Source: an uncultured Iamiaceae bacterium (GTDB taxonomy: Bacteria; Actinomycetota; Acidimicrobiia; Acidimicrobiales; Acidimicrobilacustridaceae). From it: a stretch of DNA of 64,000 bases. Of this stretch, positions 1 through 8,395 are shown in pieces. The position numbers and the translations under genes are program-made. The first letter of the stretch is position 1. Each line of letters starts with the position of its first letter. Below the pieces are notes generated by a model that was not told where the DNA came from, did no database searches, and saw only the letters and a program-made list of their open reading frames with translations. The DNA lies in the NCBI GenBank assembly GCA_963778895.1, contig CAVZVZ010000007.1:68413-132412 (forward strand). Direction: 5' to 3'.

Positions 1-154
1 CGCTGTCGGTCGGCCGTCATCACCGAAGCCAATTCGAGCGTCCGCATCAGTCGACGCACGCGGGTTGTGATGGCCGGGGCTGACCCCCGACTGCCTTCGG
101 ACTCACCGCTGGCAGGCGTGTTGGGGGAGTTCGAGGCCCAGGGGTAAGTTCGAC

Positions 155-1117
155 GTGACGTCATTCGGATACACGCTTTCGAGCGAGGAACATGCTCCAC
201 GAGCGCTCGTAGAGCTAGCGGTACGGGCCGAGGATCTCGGCTTCGACTTCTGCTCGATCTCGGACCACTATCACCCTTGGGTCGAGGCTCAGGGCCACAG
301 CCCTTTCGTCTGGTGCGTGCTCGGTGCTATCGCCGCCACCACCACCGATATCGGTGTGGCCATCGGGGTGACCTGCCCGCTGGTCCGCCTGCATCCTGCG
401 GTTGTGGCTCAGGCTGCGGCCACGATGTCCTTACTTCTCGAGGATCGGTTTTCGTTCGGTGTCGGCACAGGAGAGGCTCTGAACGAACACATCCTCGGGC
501 ACCGGTGGCCGCCACCAGAAGTGCGACTGGCGATGCTCGACGAGGCGGTTCACATCATGCGGCAGCTTTGGGCGGGGGAGACCGTCGATCATCATGGCGA
601 GATCTACACCGTCGAGAACGCGCGACTTTTCGATCCACCCGAGCACCCACTCCAACTCATCGTGTCGGGCTTCGGGTCGGCCGCGGCCCAGCTCGCCGGG
701 CGCATCGGTGATGGCTATTTCGGCCATGGCACCGATTCGAGACCTGTCGAGATCTACGAGCAGGCCGGTGGCAGCGGACCGAAGTTTGCGCAGCTGCATG
801 TATGCGTGGGAAGCGACGAACAGCAATGTCGCAAAACAGTGCATGAGGTATGGCCCAACGCCGCCATGTCGGGCCAGCTCGCGCAGGAACTCCCGACCTG
901 GACACACTTCCAACAAGTCGCCGAGTTGGTGACCGAGGACGACGTGGCCGAGCGCGTTCCTTGTGGCCCGGCGAGCGAACCGATTGTCGAGCGGGTCCGT
1001 GCGATGGTCGAGGCCGGATACGACCACATCTACCTACATCAGATAGGCCCCGACCAAGATGCTCCTTTCGCGTTGTGGGAGGCCGAGCTCGAGGATGGTT
1101 TGCGCGAGATGAGCTAG
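155..1117 (+). CDS. LLM-class (luciferase-like) F420-dependent oxidoreductase
   Basis: Intact 320-aa ORF with GTG start. The N-terminus FGYTLSSEEH...LGFDFCSISDHYHPW and the overall pattern fit the luciferase-like / F420-dependent G6PD-type family. Confidence 0.75.
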   Translation: MTSFGYTLSSEEHAPRALVELAVRAEDLGFDFCSISDHYHPWVEAQGHSPFVWCVLGAIAATTTDIGVAIGVTCPLVRLHPAVVAQAAATMSLLLEDRFSFGVGTGEALNEHILGHRWPPPEVRLAMLDEAVHIMRQLWAGETVDHHGEIYTVENARLFDPPEHPLQLIVSGFGSAAAQLAGRIGDGYFGHGTDSRPVEIYEQAGGSGPKFAQLHVCVGSDEQQCRKTVHEVWPNAAMSGQLAQELPTWTHFQQVAELVTEDDVAERVPCGPASEPIVERVRAMVEAGYDHIYLHQIGPDQDAPFALWEAELEDGLREMS

Positions 1118-1137
1118 CTGGTGTCACCGCCGCCCGG

Positions 1138-1905
1138 TTAGTTCACAGCGCCCTCCGTCACGAGGCGACGGCGTAGCCAGCGCGCGTCGTCCACGGCGTG
1201 GCCTGCGATGTCGTTGTTGAAGTAGGCGAACACTCGGACCCCGTCGTCGAGCCAGTCACGCAGACGATCGGCGATTCGCCAGAGCCGACGGCCGGTGTAT
1301 GCGCCGCGATACGGATCGTTCACGGCCCGCGGACCGTGGAACCGCATGTAGGTCCAGTCTGTGGTCAGGATCCAAGGATGATTCGGTAGGAGATCGTGGA
1401 TGCAGAGCGCGGCACCGTGATCGCGCAAGACGGTGTAAGTGTCCTCGTGGAGCCAGGTCGGGTCTCTCAGCTCGATGGCCCATTGCGATCTTGGCGGTGT
1501 AGCGGCAAGGAACTCGTCGAGGCGAGCGACATTTCGGTGCCACCTCGGAGGCAACTGGACCAGTGTCGGACCCTGAGATCGACCGAGGCGCTCGACGCGA
1601 TCGAGATGGTTCGGGAGCCAACGCTTCGCGTCGCGCAGCTTCATGCGGTGACTGCCGAACTGTCCGAGCTTGACCGCGTACACGAAGTTGGGAGGCGCCT
1701 GCGCAGCCCAACGTTCGACGGTCTCACGCTCGGGGAGTCGGTAGAAGGTGTTGTTGATCTCGACGGTGTCGAACCATCTCGCGTACGCCGCGAACCACCG
1801 CGCCTTGGGCACGGAGCTCGGGTACACCGTCCCCTTCCAATCGGGGTAGTCCCAGCCGGAACAGCCAACGCGAATCTGGTTTCGAGACGCAGACCTCGCC
1901 GACAT
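1138..1905 (-). CDS. DUF72 domain-containing protein
   Basis: The ORF 1138..2034 contains IRVGCSGWDYPDWKGTVYP...FYRLP, the hallmark DUF72 N-terminus. The internal ATG at 1905 (MSARSAS...) is the likely start. Confidence 0.75.
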   Translation of the reverse strand: MSARSASRNQIRVGCSGWDYPDWKGTVYPSSVPKARWFAAYARWFDTVEINNTFYRLPERETVERWAAQAPPNFVYAVKLGQFGSHRMKLRDAKRWLPNHLDRVERLGRSQGPTLVQLPPRWHRNVARLDEFLAATPPRSQWAIELRDPTWLHEDTYTVLRDHGAALCIHDLLPNHPWILTTDWTYMRFHGPRAVNDPYRGAYTGRRLWRIADRLRDWLDDGVRVFAYFNNDIAGHAVDDARWLRRRLVTEGAVN

Positions 1906-2000
1906 GTCTGCTTTGTACCCGCCGAGGACCGCTCTGAGTCTTTGGTTCACTTCACGGTCTCGACCGGGTAGAGGGATCGGGACTCGACAGGAGGTAGGCA

Positions 2001-2573
2001 GTGTCGCAGAAGCTTCAAGGGATGAGGATCGCATTTCTCATCGCGAACGAGGGGGTCGAACAAGTCGAGCTGGAGAAGCCATGGAAGGCGGTGATGGACG
2101 AGGGTGGAGAGCCCGTATTGCTCTCGCCGAAACCCGGCACCGCGCAAGCCTTCAACCACCTCGACAAGGCCGACACGTTCCCAGTGGATCAGCCGGTCGG
2201 TGAGGCCGCCCCCGGCTCCTTCGGCGCGCTTGTCCTCCCCGGCGGTGTAGCGAACCCCGACCAGTTGCGCACTGACCGCGCGGCCGTTGGATTCGTGCAG
2301 TCGTTCTTCGATGACGGAAAGCCGGTTGCGGTGATCTGCCACGGGCCGTGGACGTTGGTGGAGGCCGGTGTCCTCGAGCGCCGGACGCTCACGAGCTGGC
2401 CCAGTCTCCAAACCGATATTCGTAACTCCGGCGGGATTTGGGTCGACGAGCAAGTTGCCGTCTGTACCTATGGTCCGAACACGCTGGTGAGCAGTCGGCG
2501 GCCCGATGACCTGCCCGCGTTCTGCGGTGCCCTGGTCGACAGGTTTGGGCGAGTCGGCAGTCGGGTGCACTGA
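2001..2573 (+). CDS. DJ-1/PfpI family protein (type 1 glutamine amidotransferase-like)
   Basis: 190 aa with GTG start 7 nt after AGGAGG. RIAFLIANEGVEQVEL...VAVICHGPWTLVEAG carries the nucleophile-elbow Cys-His typical of PfpI/DJ-1. Confidence 0.85.
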   Translation: MSQKLQGMRIAFLIANEGVEQVELEKPWKAVMDEGGEPVLLSPKPGTAQAFNHLDKADTFPVDQPVGEAAPGSFGALVLPGGVANPDQLRTDRAAVGFVQSFFDDGKPVAVICHGPWTLVEAGVLERRTLTSWPSLQTDIRNSGGIWVDEQVAVCTYGPNTLVSSRRPDDLPAFCGALVDRFGRVGSRVH

Positions 2574-2610
2574 AACTGGCTGCGGCGCTGCGGGTCGTAT
2601 CGTGTCGCAG

Positions 2611-3066
2611 ATGTCCGCGAGTCCGAGATTCACCCACCTCGACGAACTGCCGTGGCAAGAGGTTCGCCGGCAGCAGCATGGCGAACGCGTTGCGTCCGTG
2701 CGGGAGAAGTGGCTCGACTTCTCACCCAACTTCCTGTCGCTGTTCGCGGAGTGGGATCCAGGGATGATCGTCCAGGCCCACGGCCACAACAGCGATCACG
2801 TCGTCTATGTGCTCAGCGGCGAGATGACATGCGGTGAGGTTCACTGCCCGGCCGGCACGCACATTGCGCTCGACCAGGGCGACACCTTTGGGCCGTTCGT
2901 CGCCGGCCCCGACGGCGTCACGCTGCTCGAGGTGATGATGGGGGACCCGCGTTCGTTCCCGGCCGATCTCGACGGGTACGCCGACTTCCTCCGTGAGCGC
3001 GGGGTCGAACAGCTGCCCAACCCGCCGATCGACATGCCGGAGTGGTTGCCGGACACTCGCACCTGA
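2611..3066 (+). CDS. cupin domain-containing protein
   Basis: The ORF 2506..3066 is plausibly coding from ATG 2611 (MSASPRF...). The GHNSDHVVYVLSGEM...AGTHIAL pattern is cupin-like. The start is uncertain. Confidence 0.55.
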   Translation: MSASPRFTHLDELPWQEVRRQQHGERVASVREKWLDFSPNFLSLFAEWDPGMIVQAHGHNSDHVVYVLSGEMTCGEVHCPAGTHIALDQGDTFGPFVAGPDGVTLLEVMMGDPRSFPADLDGYADFLRERGVEQLPNPPIDMPEWLPDTRT

Positions 3067-3071
3067 CCGGC

Positions 3072-3494
3072 TCAGTCGAATTGTGTGCCCCAAGGGCCCA
3101 TGCCGCGCACGTGATGCGGCGTGATGCGGATCACGAAGCCGGGCGGCGGGTCCGGCATGGGAGGGAACTTCACGCCGGGGCCGACGTAGATCTCGGCGAG
3201 TCGCTGCAGCAGCTCGGGCGCGCCGCCCTCGTCGACCGTGGCTGTTCCTTCGACGACCAGGTAGTGCTGCATCCCGTGTTGATCGCCTTCGGCCTCGATC
3301 GAAAAGGAGACGCGCGGGTCGCGCGCGATGTTCCGCACCTTCTGATCCACGAACAGTTTGCCGATCACGATGTCGTTGCCGTCGAGGCCCACCCAGACGA
3401 TGGTGACGTGCGGGCTCCCGTCGGCATTGATCGTGACGAGGTGGGCGAGACGCCCAGACTCGATGACATCACGAACGGGCGGCGACAGCTCCAT
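3072..3494 (-). CDS. PPOX-class F420-dependent oxidoreductase (pyridoxamine 5'-phosphate oxidase family)
   Basis: 140 aa. GRLAHLVTINADGSPHVTIVWVGLDGNDIV...ARDPRVSF is typical of the split-barrel PPOX/F420 family. It overlaps the upstream regulator gene by 26 nt. Confidence 0.75.
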   Translation of the reverse strand: MELSPPVRDVIESGRLAHLVTINADGSPHVTIVWVGLDGNDIVIGKLFVDQKVRNIARDPRVSFSIEAEGDQHGMQHYLVVEGTATVDEGGAPELLQRLAEIYVGPGVKFPPMPDPPPGFVIRITPHHVRGMGPWGTQFD

Positions 3495-4179
3495 CAGGAC
3501 GCTCCAGTGGGTGTGGTGGTCGGGGGTGGATCTCGTAGGCGCAGTGCTTCTCGCCGGCGATCATGTGCTGCACTCGCTCGACCCGTGCCTCGGGCAGAAC
3601 GGCTCGAATGAAGTCGATCTCGCTCGAGCAGGCCTGGCCGTACCTCTGGGCCACTGCCCAGATCGCGCAGTTGTGCTCGATGATGAGGTGGCCGTCGGAC
3701 CCGATCGACTCCGATGTCGCCATGTAGCCATCCTCGTCGAGGATGCGAGTGAGCTCGGCCACCTTGCTCGCGAGCGTTGACTGCGATCGCAGCCGCTCGC
3801 GGGCGGCGTCGATCCGCCGCTCCCGACGACGTACGAAGATGGCTTCGAGCATCTCGGGGTCGCTGTCGACGACGTAGCTCAGCAATTCGTTGGTCAGCTC
3901 ACCGTAGGCCTTCGGGAAGAGAGCATCCGCCCGGGCCGTGGCGGTATAGAGGAGCGGACGACGACCCCGCCTCGGAGCGTCGAGGGTCTGTTGTGAGATC
4001 TCGACGAGCCCGCTGTCGGCCAGCGCGCTGAGGTGCTGGCGCGCGCCACTGGTCGTGATGCCGAGCTGCTCGGCGACCTGTTCGGCCGTCGCATCGCCTC
4101 GGCGGCGAACGGCGTACAACACGGCCCGACGACCTTCGGGCAAGGTCGGGACTTCGCCCGTGTGTTGCATCGTGCTCAT
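3469..4179 (-). CDS. ArsR-type winged-helix transcriptional regulator
   Basis: 236 aa. The N-terminal wHTH is RRAVLYAVRRRGDATAEQVAEQLGITTSGARQHLSALADSGLVE. Its ATG shares a base with the upstream stop (TGATG), indicating translational coupling. Confidence 0.7.
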   Translation of the reverse strand: MSTMQHTGEVPTLPEGRRAVLYAVRRRGDATAEQVAEQLGITTSGARQHLSALADSGLVEISQQTLDAPRRGRRPLLYTATARADALFPKAYGELTNELLSYVVDSDPEMLEAIFVRRRERRIDAARERLRSQSTLASKVAELTRILDEDGYMATSESIGSDGHLIIEHNCAIWAVAQRYGQACSSEIDFIRAVLPEARVERVQHMIAGEKHCAYEIHPRPPHPLERPDGAVAARS

Positions 4180-5255
4180 CAGGACACCGATTCTCGCTCA
4201 TGCACCAGCAGGTGACTGTCACCGAACTCGTGCCACAGGAATCCTTCGTCGAGTGCGGCGTGATAGGCCTCGGCGAGCACGGTGGTGGAAGCGAACGCCT
4301 GGAGCATCAAGAGGTGGGAGGACTCAGGCTCGTGCCAGCCGGTCAACAGTCCGTCCAACGAGCGCACCGGGTTGTCGGCCGACACGACGACCTCGGCCCA
4401 GCCCTTACCGGGATGCACCGTGCCGCGTTCGTCGGTAACGCTGGCGACGGCTCGCACGACCGTGGTGCCGATCGCGATGACCTGCCCGCCACGTGCGCGC
4501 GTCTCGTTGATCTCGGCAGCAGTGCTGGGCGGCACGTGATAGCGCTCTGGGTACGGAGCCTCGCCGCCTTCCAACGACGACACACCAGTGTGCAGGAGCA
4601 GTGGTGCCACCTGCACGCCTCGTGTGATCAGGTTGGTCACGAGCTCGTCGGTGAACGGTCGGCTCGCGCTCGGCATCTCCGCGCTCCCGGGCTCGCGACC
4701 GAACACGGTTTGATAGCGCGTCAGCGGCCAGTCCCGACCGACATGGCGGTATCGGATCGGTCGTCCGTGCCGGGCGGTGTAGGCGAGTACGTCGGCGTCG
4801 ATCGCGAGCTTGGCCAGCCACAGTCGTTGTGAATCCTGGAAATGATCGAGCAGGCGGACCTGGCCGCCCCCGAGCAGATCGATGGCGACCGGCGCGGTGA
4901 GGGTGAGGGGAGTGGTTGCACCGTCGGCGGGTTGGCGCGGTTCCACGAGCCAAACGTCGCCGGGCAACCGACCAGAGAGGTGCACGACGATGGGCCGACC
5001 ATCGGGGAGGAGCCCGTCGAGCGCCGCGGGGATGGTCGACGAGGTGTTCACGAGGAGTAGGTCACCAGGTTCGAGGAACGTACCCAGGTTGCTGAAGTGT
5101 GTCGTCACCGGTGCATGAACGCCGCGACTCACGACCAACCGCACGCCGTCGCGCCGCAGTCCGCGGGCCTCGGGTGGTTCGTGGGCTTCGTGCTCGCTCG
5201 TCAGCGCGAAGTCCAACGGGTTTGCGGGCGGATGGAATCTTGTCGTCGCGCTCAT
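4179..5255 (-). CDS. queA: S-adenosylmethionine:tRNA ribosyltransferase-isomerase (QueA)-like protein
   Basis: 358 aa. The C-terminal GWHEPESSHLLMLQAFA plus the overall length and pattern match the QueA family. The start overlaps the SDR stop (ATGA). Confidence 0.75.
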   Translation of the reverse strand: MSATTRFHPPANPLDFALTSEHEAHEPPEARGLRRDGVRLVVSRGVHAPVTTHFSNLGTFLEPGDLLLVNTSSTIPAALDGLLPDGRPIVVHLSGRLPGDVWLVEPRQPADGATTPLTLTAPVAIDLLGGGQVRLLDHFQDSQRLWLAKLAIDADVLAYTARHGRPIRYRHVGRDWPLTRYQTVFGREPGSAEMPSASRPFTDELVTNLITRGVQVAPLLLHTGVSSLEGGEAPYPERYHVPPSTAAEINETRARGGQVIAIGTTVVRAVASVTDERGTVHPGKGWAEVVVSADNPVRSLDGLLTGWHEPESSHLLMLQAFASTTVLAEAYHAALDEGFLWHEFGDSHLLVHERESVS

Positions 5256-5986
5256 GTCGCGCTCCGTTCTGGGTCGACGACTTCGCGCGCTTGGTAGCGC
5301 CCGCCACTGCTTTGATCGCCCTCGATCAACGCGAGAAGCCCGGGGACGCTCGATTCGGGTGGCTCCCGGTCGGAGATGTCCTCGCCCGGGAACGCGTCCT
5401 GATGCATCTCGGTGCGCATGTCACCCGGGTCGACGATGAGCACGCGCAGATCGGCGCGTTCCACGGCGAGCACGCGGCTGGCGTGTTCGAGCGCCGCCTT
5501 TGACGCGCCGTAGCCACCCCAACCTTCGTACGCCTCGATCCCGGCATCGGACGTGATGTTGATCACGGTCGCACCCGCGGCGAGCTGGTCGCCGATGGCC
5601 CGCAACAAGGCGAACGGGGCGATCACGTTCACCTCGAAGATGCGTGCCCACGTGCCGGAATCGAGCTCGCCGAGTGAAGGAAGGGGAGTGGCTCCGAGCG
5701 TGCTGGCGTTGTTCACCACGAGTGTCACCGGTCCGATGGCCGCCGCTGCGGTGACGAGGGCGCGGCGATGTGCATCATCGGCAATGTCGCCGGCCACCCC
5801 GATCACCCTCCCGTCGACGGCATCGGTGTTGAGCTCCTCGAGCGTCTCCTCGAGTCGGTCCGGCCGCCGCGCATCGATCACGACGGTCCACCCTCGATCG
5901 GCGAGCGCCGCGGTGAGAGCCCGGCCGAGACCTTGTGAAGCACCGGTGACGAGGGCGACGGAGGGAGTGGGATCGAGATTCGGCAT
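5252..5986 (-). CDS. SDR family oxidoreductase
   Basis: The ORF 5252..6166 is real from ATG 5986, which is preceded by AAGGGGAAG. VALVTGASQGLGRAL is the Rossmann TGxxxGxG motif, and YGASKAAL is the catalytic YxxxK. Confidence 0.85.
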   Translation of the reverse strand: MPNLDPTPSVALVTGASQGLGRALTAALADRGWTVVIDARRPDRLEETLEELNTDAVDGRVIGVAGDIADDAHRRALVTAAAAIGPVTLVVNNASTLGATPLPSLGELDSGTWARIFEVNVIAPFALLRAIGDQLAAGATVINITSDAGIEAYEGWGGYGASKAALEHASRVLAVERADLRVLIVDPGDMRTEMHQDAFPGEDISDREPPESSVPGLLALIEGDQSSGGRYQAREVVDPERSAT

Positions 5987-6110
5987 TGGGGCTTCCCCTT
6001 TTCGAGCGTGCCCGCAGGGCTCTTGGTCGTTGCCGAAATGAACAAGCTCGACCTTGTTCTTATGCCCCACGATGAGCCTTACCGGGAGGGGCGTCAAGAG
6101 GTACGCTGCC

Positions 6111-6193
6111 CGGGTGTGAGGAAGCCACCCGCTCCTCACACCCGCAACCACCGAGAGAGCCGGCACCCACCCGCGCCGGCTCTCTCACTTTTT
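6111..6193 (+). ncRNA. Candidate small RNA with two C-rich-loop hairpins (6C-like) ending in an intrinsic terminator
   Basis: Two consecutive perfect 12-bp stems: 6111-6122/6133-6144 (loop AGCCACCCGC) and 6153-6164/6175-6186 (loop ACCCACCCGC). The second is followed by ACTTTTTC. It lies in a divergent intergenic region with no + strand CDS upstream. The 5' end is not determined. Confidence 0.4.
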
Positions 6194-6262
6194 CGAACTC
6201 GGCCCGAGCCGGCACCGCTCTCCTTTCTGGTCCTCTTGTCCTCGTGAGCTGTTCCCCCTACG

Positions 6263-6280
6263 GTTAGTCAACTGACTAAC
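6263..6280. promoter_or_regulatory. Perfect 18-bp palindrome, candidate TetR-type operator upstream of the sulfatase gene
   Basis: GTTAGTCA-AC-TGACTAAC has 8-bp perfect arms. It ends 22 nt before the sulfatase ATG (6303), and a TetR gene follows the sulfatase. Confidence 0.45.
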
Positions 6281-6302
6281 TCCGGAGCAGAAAGGCCCTG
6301 CC

Positions 6303-7835
6303 ATGGCCCACGACCCTGTAGTGACCGAGCCGGTCCGTGTGGCCGACCACCTCGAGCCGCGGTTCGTCTGGCCCGATCAGGACGAGCGGGCGGCGGCCAA
6401 GCTCGCGGCCTATCGGCAGGGTGGTAAGCGCCCGAACGTGCTGATCGTCATGTTCGATGACGTGGGTTGGGGCGACTTCGGTTGCTACGGCGGTGGCGTC
6501 GCGGTGGGCGCGCCCACACCCAACATCGATCGTTTGGCGCGTCGTGGCCTACTGCTGACGTCTTGCTACAGCGAGCCATCGTGCACGCCGTCGCGCGCGT
6601 CGTTGATGACCGGCCGGTTGCCGATGCGACACGGTTTGCTGCGTCCGCCCATGTACGGCCAGCCCGGCGGCCTCGACGGCGAGGTCACGATCGCCCAGCT
6701 GCTTTCGGATGCCGGCTACGTGACGCAGGCCGTGGGCAAGTGGCACATGGGCGAGAACGCCGAGTCGCAACCCCAGAACGTCGGGTTCGACGACTTCTAC
6801 GGGTTCCTGTCCGTGTCCGACATGTACACGGAATGGCGCGATCCGAATTTCTTCCCCGAGATCGTCTACAGCGAGGAACGAACGCGCTGGGTCGAGAACC
6901 TGCCGTTCAACAAGTGCTTCGTACATGCCACGAGAGCCAGTGAACTCGAGAACGTCGAAGAGGTCACCATCCCTGTGCTGTCTCTCTTGGACGACAAGTG
7001 GAGTGACTATTCGCTCGACTTCATTCGACGCATGGGCGCGCAGAGCGAAGGCGATGCCAAGCCCTGGTTCCTCTATCACTGCACTCGCGGCGCGCACTTC
7101 GACAACTACCCACACGAACGCTTCCTCGGGTCCTCACCGGCGAAGCACCCGTACAAGGACACCATCATCGAGCTCGACGACATCGTGGGTCGGTTGGTCG
7201 CGGAGCTCGAGGCGACGGGCCAGATGGACGACACCGTGATCTTCATCTCGTCGGACAACGGACCGGAGATGGAGACGTGGCCCGACGCCGCGTACTCGCC
7301 TTTTCGCTGTGCGAAGGGATCCACTTGGGAGGGTGGCCAGCGGGTGCCCGGAATCATCACGTGGCCGGGGATGATTCCTGCCGATCGCGCGACCGACGGG
7401 CTGTTCTCGCAAATGGATCTCTTCAACACCATGCTCGAGCTGGCTGGTGCGGCCGACGCGGTTCCGAGTGACCGTTACATCGACGGCGTCGACCAAACGT
7501 CCTTCTTGCTCGACGGCGACGGCGATTCGAATCGCAAGTACCTCTACTACTGGCTCACCAACGTGTTCTCGGCGTTGCGGGTCGGTGAGTGGAAGTTCAT
7601 GGTCGCCTCCACCTCCGACGACGACCGAGACGCCTTGAATCTGGGCGGCTTCACCGGCGTGACGCAGAAGTACACGCACGGCCGGCTGTACAACCTCTAC
7701 CTCGATCCCAAGGAGAGCCGCAGCTACATGGTGCGGAAGCTGGCGTACATCGACAGCTTCACGAGCGGAATCCGCGATCACTTCATCACCTACGGCAAAT
7801 ATCCGCCGAAGCACCCGATCGCGTCGATGAGCTGA
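6303..7835 (+). CDS. arylsulfatase (formylglycine-dependent sulfatase family)
   Basis: Intact 510 aa. The sulfatase signature is SCTPSRASLMTGR (C-x-P-x-R), followed by GKWHMG. Confidence 0.9.
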   Translation: MAHDPVVTEPVRVADHLEPRFVWPDQDERAAAKLAAYRQGGKRPNVLIVMFDDVGWGDFGCYGGGVAVGAPTPNIDRLARRGLLLTSCYSEPSCTPSRASLMTGRLPMRHGLLRPPMYGQPGGLDGEVTIAQLLSDAGYVTQAVGKWHMGENAESQPQNVGFDDFYGFLSVSDMYTEWRDPNFFPEIVYSEERTRWVENLPFNKCFVHATRASELENVEEVTIPVLSLLDDKWSDYSLDFIRRMGAQSEGDAKPWFLYHCTRGAHFDNYPHERFLGSSPAKHPYKDTIIELDDIVGRLVAELEATGQMDDTVIFISSDNGPEMETWPDAAYSPFRCAKGSTWEGGQRVPGIITWPGMIPADRATDGLFSQMDLFNTMLELAGAADAVPSDRYIDGVDQTSFLLDGDGDSNRKYLYYWLTNVFSALRVGEWKFMVASTSDDDRDALNLGGFTGVTQKYTHGRLYNLYLDPKESRSYMVRKLAYIDSFTSGIRDHFITYGKYPPKHPIASMS

Positions 7836-7842
7836 ATCGCTC

Positions 7843-8394
7843 ATGAGCGCGATGACGACACCACGCGGCGCCGAGGCAGTTCGAGCAGCGCTGCTGGCGG
7901 CGGCGGCCGACCTGTTCGCGGCTCGCGGGCCCTCGCATGTGTCAGTGCGGGAGATCGCGCAGGCGGCGGGTGTCAATCATGGGCTTGTGCATCACTACTT
8001 CGGCTCGAAGGACGCGTTGCTACGGGCCGTGCTCGACGATCTGGCCGCGGAATCGGCGCTCGAGGTCGCGGGCTGGGACGGGCAGTCTCCGTTGCTCGAG
8101 GCGGACGGGCCTGTCGGTCGACACGGCCGCATCGTCGCCCATCTGTTGCTCGAAGCCCGGAACCCGGCCGATGTGCAGACCGCGTTCCCCGCCATCGATG
8201 CACTCACCTCGAACCTGCGATCGCACGGATTGGGGGCGCGGGATGCGGCGGAGCGGGCCGCCGCCGCGGCCGCACTGGTACTCGGATGGCAGCTGTTCGC
8301 GCCGTTCCTCGAGCGCGCTGCTGGGCTCGAGGGTCGAGACGGGGTCGACACCGACGTGCTCGGTGCTGGGGTCAGGCGCCTCCTGACCTACTGA
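7843..8394 (+). CDS. TetR/AcrR family transcriptional regulator
   Basis: 183 aa. The N-terminal HTH is VSVREIAQAAGVNHGLVHHYFGSKDALL. Confidence 0.85.
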   Translation: MSAMTTPRGAEAVRAALLAAAADLFAARGPSHVSVREIAQAAGVNHGLVHHYFGSKDALLRAVLDDLAAESALEVAGWDGQSPLLEADGPVGRHGRIVAHLLLEARNPADVQTAFPAIDALTSNLRSHGLGARDAAERAAAAAALVLGWQLFAPFLERAAGLEGRDGVDTDVLGAGVRRLLTY

Positions 8395-8395
8395 G

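Noticed and set aside
6008-6247. A 79-aa + strand ORF in the SDR/sulfatase intergenic region
   Set aside because: It runs straight through both perfect hairpins and the T-tract, and it has a Pro/Arg-rich improbable product. The structure-plus-terminator reading (sRNA) explains the sequence better.
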